Positions 58,499 to 64,000 of a stretch of DNA of 64,000 bases are shown piece after piece. This stretch comes from an uncultured Candidatus Saccharibacteria bacterium (GTDB lineage: Bacteria > Patescibacteriota > Minisyncoccia > Phycocordibacterales > UBA9973). Below the pieces are notes generated by a model, which worked only from the letters and a program-made list of their open reading frames with translations, had not been told where the DNA came from and did no database searches. Where the stretch lies: positions 207,477 to 271,476 of the forward strand of contig CAZIZK010000001.1 in assembly GCA_964544225.1 (NCBI GenBank), read 5' to 3'. The stretch's first letter is position 1. The number at the start of each line of letters is the position of its first letter. A program made the translations under genes and the position numbers.

Positions 58499-60499
58499 GT
58501 GTATAATATAAATATGATTAATGATGAAGTACTTTCTTATATAACTACGCAGAAGATGCGTGGAGTATCTCGCGAAGTAATACTCGGCAAGCTTCTATCT
58601 GCTGGATGGTTGCCAGGTGATGCACAAGAAGCAATGGACAAAGTATTTGTTGTGGTAAATGCCACACCTGTTATCAGTACACCTTCATCTATATACAATG
58701 CAAATATCAATACTAATATATCTGAAAGTATTAGTACTAAACCAAAGGTTGATGATAAATATCTAGAACCAATCGAGGAGGTGGCCAAGCCTGCCGCAAA
58801 GGAGCAAGTGTTTGCTATACCAAAACGTGAGGAATTTATCCCCACACTTATGCCAAAGGCACAGTTTATACCACCAGTTCGACCTTTGTCTAACAACCAA
58901 GTTTCACCAAAGACAAGTGAGCCCGTTGCTAATACTTCTTTCCAGTCATTTCGCCCAGCTGCTGCCCCAGTGCCAACTGCCGAGATACTGACTCCAGACA
59001 CATACTCACCAAACCCAAAGATGGCCGTAACTTCTTCGTATCAGAATGATTATAAAGTTGCCCAAGCTACAAATTCGAAGGTGAATGCTTTTAGGTTTAT
59101 AAAGAAGCTAGGCTTGATTGTGGTGATACTTGGTATTATCGGTGGTGGTGCGTGGGCGTATACAAAAGGGTACATAAAGCTACCATTCAATATACCTCTT
59201 ATGAGGCCTGACCCTCATCAGGTATTGGCATTGGTACCACAAGCCCAAAGCAAGGTTACAACTTTCAAATTCGAAGGGGATATTGAGTTTACTTTCCCAT
59301 CTGTATATAGCCTGATCGGCATGATGATGTCTGAAAATAGTGCCAAAGCTTCTGATATGGACAACTTGTCTTTGCGTAATACTGGATCGTTCGGACGAGG
59401 GGACAATAGTATGCCAATATTTAATATGAACTTTGCAATCAACTCATCCTTACTAGATTCAAAGATAGAGTCCGAGGTGCACACCAAAGATGGCAATATA
59501 TATATGCTGTTCCCAGATCTTTCTAGCGCAATACCACGCATACCATTACAGAGTGGGTGGGTTTCCATGAATGCCAATGACACAGACGCAGTCATCAACA
59601 TGCTACCGATGAATGTAAACAAGTTTCAGCTACGCATGCAAAAAGACTTTTTACTAAAGTCTAACAAAGATGCAATGTGGCAAAGTGTTATGAAGATTTT
59701 GGCGGACACAATGTCCCAGGCCGAGATAACTGACAAGGGTGACGAAGTGGTGCGAGGAGTTGATGTGTCACACTATAGTATTACACTCGACACACAAGTG
59801 GTAAAAGACACAATACTCTCTGTTATGAAGGCAACCCCTGACTTATTTACCGAAGAGGATACTAACCAACTTTCAGATGTTTTGAATACATTGTCTGTAA
59901 AGAGTATGGAAGTGTGGATAGGTAAGACAGATAATTTGATATACAAGTACTCTTTCGAATTATCACTACCAATGAGTAAGTTGCTAAGTATCGATGCACA
60001 GAATCTTTCAGAAAGCATGGCCACAGTAAAAGTAACACAGACTTATTATGATTATGGTTCAGTTGTATCGCCAAATATTCCAGACTCTGCAACTTCAGTA
60101 CTTCAATCATTGCAAGATGCACGTAATGAATCTATAGACAATCAGAACCGTGTTGCATTGCAGGTTAACTTGCCAAATGCTATCCGCGACCTAAAGAAGG
60201 TACAAGGTAGTTATGGTACCAAATCTAACAAAACAGGGGACTGTACCAACCCTGTATCAGGGTCAGTGTTCTCACCACTGGGCCACAAGGCTGGTGCTAT
60301 CAATGCTGTTGGCTCAATATCTGAGCAAATATTATTAATACTTGGTAATACTGATGGAGTTGGTTCATGTTACTCTACGCCTAGCGCTTGGGCAGTGGCA
60401 GTACCATTGAAGGCAAAGACCGACACAATGTTCTGTGTAGACAGTTCTGGCAAAGCCCTAGAATTATCAAAGCCTATTACCGGCGCAATGTGTAAATAA
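58499..60499 (+). CDS. Hypothetical protein (666 aa) with a central TM helix.
   Basis: ORF plus TM LGLIVVILGIIGGGAWAY. No family recognised. Confidence 0.5.
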   Translation: MYNINMINDEVLSYITTQKMRGVSREVILGKLLSAGWLPGDAQEAMDKVFVVVNATPVISTPSSIYNANINTNISESISTKPKVDDKYLEPIEEVAKPAAKEQVFAIPKREEFIPTLMPKAQFIPPVRPLSNNQVSPKTSEPVANTSFQSFRPAAAPVPTAEILTPDTYSPNPKMAVTSSYQNDYKVAQATNSKVNAFRFIKKLGLIVVILGIIGGGAWAYTKGYIKLPFNIPLMRPDPHQVLALVPQAQSKVTTFKFEGDIEFTFPSVYSLIGMMMSENSAKASDMDNLSLRNTGSFGRGDNSMPIFNMNFAINSSLLDSKIESEVHTKDGNIYMLFPDLSSAIPRIPLQSGWVSMNANDTDAVINMLPMNVNKFQLRMQKDFLLKSNKDAMWQSVMKILADTMSQAEITDKGDEVVRGVDVSHYSITLDTQVVKDTILSVMKATPDLFTEEDTNQLSDVLNTLSVKSMEVWIGKTDNLIYKYSFELSLPMSKLLSIDAQNLSESMATVKVTQTYYDYGSVVSPNIPDSATSVLQSLQDARNESIDNQNRVALQVNLPNAIRDLKKVQGSYGTKSNKTGDCTNPVSGSVFSPLGHKAGAINAVGSISEQILLILGNTDGVGSCYSTPSAWAVAVPLKAKTDTMFCVDSSGKALELSKPITGAMCK

Positions 60500-60500
60500 T

Positions 60501-60920
60501 ATGAAAGTCCTAATCATACACGCAATCATAATTGCTTTAGGACTTTTTGGATTTTTGTTGGCATCTTATATCCACCGCAAAAAGTCTGCAAAGAAGAAGT
60601 TAGTGTGCCCAATGCGTAGCAACTGTGAGACAGTGATACATAGTGACTATTCAAAGATCTTGGGTGTTCCCGTCGAGGTCTTGGGTATGTGCTACTATGC
60701 ATTTATTGCATTGTCGTATGGGGTGTACCATATCACATATACATCACCAATATTCCTAATTGTATTGTCTGGGATTAGTCTGTCTGCTGTTATATTCTCA
60801 ACATATCTTATATCTCTACAAGCATTTGTTATAAAGCAATGGTGCACTTGGTGCCTATGCTCGGCTATGACATCGGCTATTATATTTGGCTTGTCATCAC
60901 TAGCAACATCTTGCCAATAA
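60501..60920 (+). CDS. Vitamin K epoxide reductase (VKOR)-family / DsbB-like disulfide-bond-forming membrane protein.
   Basis: CPMRSNCETVIHSDYSKILGVPVEVLGMCYY (the VKOR loop motif) and the C-terminal CxxC WCTWC. Confidence 0.7.
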   Translation: MKVLIIHAIIIALGLFGFLLASYIHRKKSAKKKLVCPMRSNCETVIHSDYSKILGVPVEVLGMCYYAFIALSYGVYHITYTSPIFLIVLSGISLSAVIFSTYLISLQAFVIKQWCTWCLCSAMTSAIIFGLSSLATSCQ

Positions 60921-60982
60921 GCTTTCTTTTTAAACGTTTTTCTGGTATAAAAGAGTAACTTGAGTAAAATCAAGAACAATAT

Positions 60983-61055
60983 GGGGGTTATGGTGTAACG
61001 GTTAACACTGAGGTTTGTGGAACCTTCGATCTGGGTTCGATTCCCAGTAGCCCCC
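60983..61055 (+). tRNA. tRNA-His (anticodon GTG) with the characteristic extra 5' G(-1) paired to C73.
   Basis: Manual fold: G-1, acceptor GGGGTTA/TAGCCCC, D-stem GTGT/ACAC, anticodon loop TTGTGGA, T-arm CTGGGTTCGATTCCCAG. Confidence 0.85.
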
Positions 61056-61097
61056 CAATAAAAAAGCCGCTTTCGAGCGGTCTTTTTTATTGGGGGG
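61051..61097 (+). terminator. Long composite hairpin (outer 16-bp stem ccccccaataaaaaag / cttttttattgggggg enclosing ccgct-ttcg-agcgg) overlapping the tRNA-His 3' end.
   Basis: Read directly. The reverse complement of the left arm equals the right arm. Confidence 0.6.
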
Positions 61098-61114
61098 CTA
61101 AGAAAGACACTTGA

Positions 61115-61320
61115 GTGTCTTTCGTCTGGGTGAGCTGTGTTAAGGGGAACCCTTTAGGGAAACACAGCGCAAGACCTTGAACATTTTGTACTCAAAAAGT
61201 GAAAGGTGTACAGTTTCTGTAAGAAAACGAAAGACCGTTAGCGATGTAATCGCCGATACGCGTACTCGCGGTCCCAGTTTCTCCTGTAAGGTTCGATAAG
61301 CGTACTCGCGGTCCCAGTCT
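61115..61320 (+). ncRNA. Candidate structured RNA or regulatory leader. The region is GC-richer than its surroundings, shows long-range pairing (gtctttcgt ... acgaaagac), nested hairpins (gctgtgtt...aacacagc; ccc-ttta-ggg), and a 2x direct repeat gcgtactcgcggtcccagt.
   Basis: No ORF of meaningful size. Multiple complementary segments were read directly. Class unassigned; no match to the tmRNA, RNase P, SRP or riboswitch consensus I can recall. Confidence 0.3.
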
Positions 61321-61374
61321 GTGTATTTTATGCTATAATTGTTCCATTAACAGTTTATTTCAATTTTTATTTAT

Positions 61375-61770
61375 ATGACAACAGGATTATTGATCGCATT
61401 GCTCGGAGCTGTAGTTAGCTTCCTTTTGGGCTGGTTGTGGTATTCAAAGTTTATGTTTGGTAAGTTCTGGATGGCCGAGATGGGCATAACAGCAGAACCA
61501 ACAAAGGCCGAGAAGAAGGCTATGATGCCAAAGATGCTTGCCCTAGGTTTATTCGGTGACTTTGTAAGGTCTTTTGTTTTTCTATTACTTGTGGCTACAC
61601 TTCGTGCTAACCAGTTCTACCTTGGTGCATTTATCTGGCTTGGATTTATATTGCCAATGTTATTGAACGCAGTTATGTACGAGAAGAAGTCATGGAGACT
61701 ATTCCTAATCCACGCTGGTTACTACCTAGTATCTATCATGGCTATTGGTTTCGTATTTTCATTCTTCTAA
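61375..61770 (+). CDS. Polytopic membrane protein of unknown function (131 aa).
   Basis: Four hydrophobic helices. ORF with a downstream terminator. Confidence 0.55.
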   Translation: MTTGLLIALLGAVVSFLLGWLWYSKFMFGKFWMAEMGITAEPTKAEKKAMMPKMLALGLFGDFVRSFVFLLLVATLRANQFYLGAFIWLGFILPMLLNAVMYEKKSWRLFLIHAGYYLVSIMAIGFVFSFF

Positions 61771-61800
61771 TAGCTAAACAATCTTAAAAAACACAATGTC

Positions 61801-61856
61801 CCACAATAGCCACGGCCGTGGCTATTGTGGTGTTTGCATTGTATTTGCTTTATTTT
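61801..61856 (+). terminator. Perfect 15-bp palindrome ccacaatagccacgg/ccgtggctattgtgg followed by a T-rich tract.
   Basis: Read directly after the 61375..61770 stop. Confidence 0.7.
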
Positions 61857-61878
61857 GGGCGAGTTGTAATATGGAGAT

Positions 61879-63555
61879 ATGGAATACAATAGTGAAAATA
61901 AGATATGTCAGAACTGCAAAAACGACTTCCAAATCGAGCCGGATGATTTTGGCTTTTATGATAAGATCGGGGTCCCAGCACCGACTTGGTGTGTAGATTG
62001 TAGGCAGCTTCGCCGTTATGCATGGAGAAATGAGAGGACACTATATAGGCGCAATTGTGACTTGTGTAGTAAATCTACAGTAACAATATATTCAGCCGAC
62101 AAACCATACAAAGTATATTGTGTGTCTTGCTGGTGGAGCGACAGCTGGGATGAAAGTGAGTACGGAAGGGACTTTGATTTTACCCGACCCTTCTTCGAGC
62201 AGTTTGCCGAACTGCAAAGGGATGTTCCTCGTATGGCACTTCTGACAAAGAACAGTACAAACTCAGAATATACAAATCACTCAGGTAACAACAAGAATGC
62301 TTATATCTCTTTTGCTACTTTTGATAGTGAAAATATTTTATATGGAACATGGGTTATGGACTCACGCGATTGTACCGACTGTAGCTTTGTTTATGAAAAA
62401 GGCGAGAAGTTGTACGAGTGTATCGATACGCATAATTGCTATAAATCACAGTACTCTGTCTTTATGAACAGCTCTACCGACTGTATGTACTGCTTTGATG
62501 TGAATGGTTCTGGCAATTGTTTTATGTCTTGCAATCTACGTAGTCAGAATTATGTTTTTAGAAATCAGAAATATAGCAGAGAAGAATATTTAGAATTGGT
62601 GGGCCAATACGACTTATCATCTTATGCTGTCCGCCAAGAATTGTTCAAGGAATATATAGATATGGTTAGGAACCAGGCTATACATAAATACATGCAAGGG
62701 GAGAGGAATATAAATTCTTTTGGGAACTTACTATTTTCTTGCAAGAATACGATCAATTGTTTCGAGCTTGATCGTGCCGAGGATTGTAAAAATCTTTATA
62801 GTGGTTTAGACATCAAGGATTCTATGGATCTGTACCATGTAGGGCGCAAAGTAGAACTATGTTATGAATGCCAAGGGTCTGTTGGAATTTACAATACACA
62901 ATTTTGCCACCTTTGTTATGACAATTCACACCTGATGTATTGTGACTCTTGCCAGAATAGCCAGAACTTATTTGGCTGTGTATCTGTAAAGAAGGGCGAG
63001 TACATGATATTTAATAAAAAGTATTCAAAGGAAGAGTACACAGAGTTAAAGAATAAGATAATTGAACACATGAAAAGTACTGGCGAGTTTGGCGAATTTT
63101 TCCCTATAGAGATTGCCCCAGTATATTTCAACGAGACTCGTGCGATGATATATATGCCAATGGGAAAAGACGCAGTTCTGGCTAAAGGTTGGAACTGGGA
63201 GGAAAAGGCCCCAGGAGTATTTGGCAAAGGCACGACAGATATGAATGAAGTTCCAGACAGTATCAATGATGTTGATGAGGAATATATAAAGAATATTTTT
63301 ACCTGTATAGATTGTGATAAAAATTATAATATAACAGCTGAAGAGTTTGCCTTTTATAAGAGGGAGGTTGTGCCACTTCCACACAAATGTCCAGATTGTA
63401 GAGAGAAGGGTAGAATAGCTCAGAGGATGGAAAGGCACCTATGGCATCGTGGTTGTTCCAATGATGGATGTACAAATGAATTCGAAAGTCCTTACGAGCC
63501 AAACCGGCCCGAGAAGGTGTATTGTGAGGATTGTTATAAAAAGGAAGTATTATAA
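61879..63555 (+). CDS. Cys-rich multi-zinc-ribbon protein, paralog 3 of 3 (558 aa).
   Basis: N-terminal CQNCKNDFQIEPDDFGFYDKIGVPAPTWCVDCRQLRRYAWRNERTLYRRNCDLC. Two internal modules (...CFMSCNLRSQNYVFRNQKYSREEYLEL / ...FGCVSVKKGEYMIFNKKYSKEEYTEL). C-terminal FAFYKREVVPLPHKCPDCREKGRIAQRMERHLWHRGC...RPEKVYCEDCYKKEVL. Confidence 0.6.
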   Translation: MEYNSENKICQNCKNDFQIEPDDFGFYDKIGVPAPTWCVDCRQLRRYAWRNERTLYRRNCDLCSKSTVTIYSADKPYKVYCVSCWWSDSWDESEYGRDFDFTRPFFEQFAELQRDVPRMALLTKNSTNSEYTNHSGNNKNAYISFATFDSENILYGTWVMDSRDCTDCSFVYEKGEKLYECIDTHNCYKSQYSVFMNSSTDCMYCFDVNGSGNCFMSCNLRSQNYVFRNQKYSREEYLELVGQYDLSSYAVRQELFKEYIDMVRNQAIHKYMQGERNINSFGNLLFSCKNTINCFELDRAEDCKNLYSGLDIKDSMDLYHVGRKVELCYECQGSVGIYNTQFCHLCYDNSHLMYCDSCQNSQNLFGCVSVKKGEYMIFNKKYSKEEYTELKNKIIEHMKSTGEFGEFFPIEIAPVYFNETRAMIYMPMGKDAVLAKGWNWEEKAPGVFGKGTTDMNEVPDSINDVDEEYIKNIFTCIDCDKNYNITAEEFAFYKREVVPLPHKCPDCREKGRIAQRMERHLWHRGCSNDGCTNEFESPYEPNRPEKVYCEDCYKKEVL

Positions 63556-63558
63556 TTT

Positions 63559-64000
63559 ATGAAAAAGTTTATAAACATAGAAAATAGTGAAAAGATTGAA
63601 TTTAACTCCAGCGATTTACCAATGCTTATTCATGGCAAGGATAAAACAGGTTCTTCACTTTTTTCTATTACTGTTGCTGTGCATCTGCATACTCAAGGTA
63701 ATAAGCTTTTAATATTTACTGCATATTCAATGGCAAAGGATGAATTCCTACTTCAGGTAGGGAGCGATGCTTCTGTTTTTTATTTAGAAAATATAGATGA
63801 CATATCTAAAGCGCAAGAATATCAAACTATAATAACTAAAAGTGGGAACAAGGATTTATGTGAAAAAACTCTGGCCAAGATTGCAGATATTGATTCAAGA
63901 ATACTTTTTATAAAGAACGTTGATCAGATGCTAAGTAGTGATATAGTAGAAAATATGAAGCAGGGGAGTGGACTATTAATTTCTGGTGACATTGATTTAT
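63559..64000 (+). CDS. Hypothetical protein, 3' end truncated by the window edge.
   Basis: Open frame with no stop from the ATG at 63559 to the window end (hand translated: MKKFINIENSEKIEFNSSDLPMLIHGKDKTGSSLFSITVAVHLHTQGNKLLIF...). Confidence 0.45.
   Translation, partial: MKKFINIENSEKIEFNSSDLPMLIHGKDKTGSSLFSITVAVHLHTQGNKLLIFTAYSMAKDEFLLQVGSDASVFYLENIDDISKAQEYQTIITKSGNKDLCEKTLAKIADIDSRILFIKNVDQMLSSDIVENMKQGSGLLISGDIDL

Noticed and set aside
1-64000. Alternative genetic code (UGA=Gly, code 25) as in some CPR lineages
   Set aside because: Standard-code ORFs are long, contiguous and end at ordinary TAA/TAG/TGA stops with sensible C-termini (for example tyrS, dnaA, ruvB). There is no sign of in-frame UGA read-through being required.
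1-64000. CRISPR arrays, IS elements/transposases, integrases or prophage
   Set aside because: No regularly spaced short repeats, no DDE/serine/tyrosine recombinase-like ORFs and no phage structural genes were seen. The repeats present are gene-internal or paralogous duplications.

Overview
This is a visibly AT-rich bacterial chromosomal window with many short genes and almost no Shine-Dalgarno sequences. It spans the replication-origin neighbourhood: rpmH-rnpA-yidD-yidC-jag on the minus strand, then dnaA, an AT-rich block with DnaA boxes, and dnaN. The gene content, minimal T4SS, type IV pilus genes, many unannotatable secreted/membrane proteins and the AT-rich compact style suggest a small-genome lineage such as Patescibacteria/CPR; that is inference, not proven. 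Main contents:
(1) 0.8-17.5 kb is a Gram-positive-style type IV secretion-like island. It contains a VirB4-family ATPase preceded by a separate 215-aa ORF that looks like a VirB4 N-domain, a giant VirB6/TrbL-like polytopic membrane protein with a His-rich tail, a PrgI/VirB3-like small membrane protein, large secreted/anchored proteins, and two adjacent cell-wall-hydrolase-like genes. The two hydrolase-like genes share a 100% identical ~425-bp 5' module. No relaxase or coupling protein is visible.
(2) Housekeeping genes include PBP1A, tyrS, ruvC-ruvB, ruvA-fpg, ruvX, polA, plsC-like, rpsT, rplS, rluA-family, a PIF1/RecD-like helicase, aspartokinase, mscL, dedA, VKOR, trmH and others.
(3) Type IV pilus genes: the pilB ATPase and a pilM-pilN-pilO cluster, plus large repeat-containing surface proteins.
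(4) Eight tRNA genes (Lys, Arg-GCG, Ser, Arg-TCT, Val, Leu, His) plus a 5' tRNA-Val-like remnant and direct repeat.
(5) Three paralogous ~560-610-aa Cys-rich proteins with zinc-ribbon-like ends, two in tandem and one 13 kb away. They show patches of 100% nucleotide identity. I could not assign them to any family I know. This family and the duplicated-module hydrolase pair are the most novel signals.
(6) A GC-richer, highly self-complementary ~200-nt region downstream of tRNA-His, containing a 2x ~22-bp direct repeat, is a candidate structured RNA or regulatory leader.
No CRISPR array, transposase or obvious prophage was seen.
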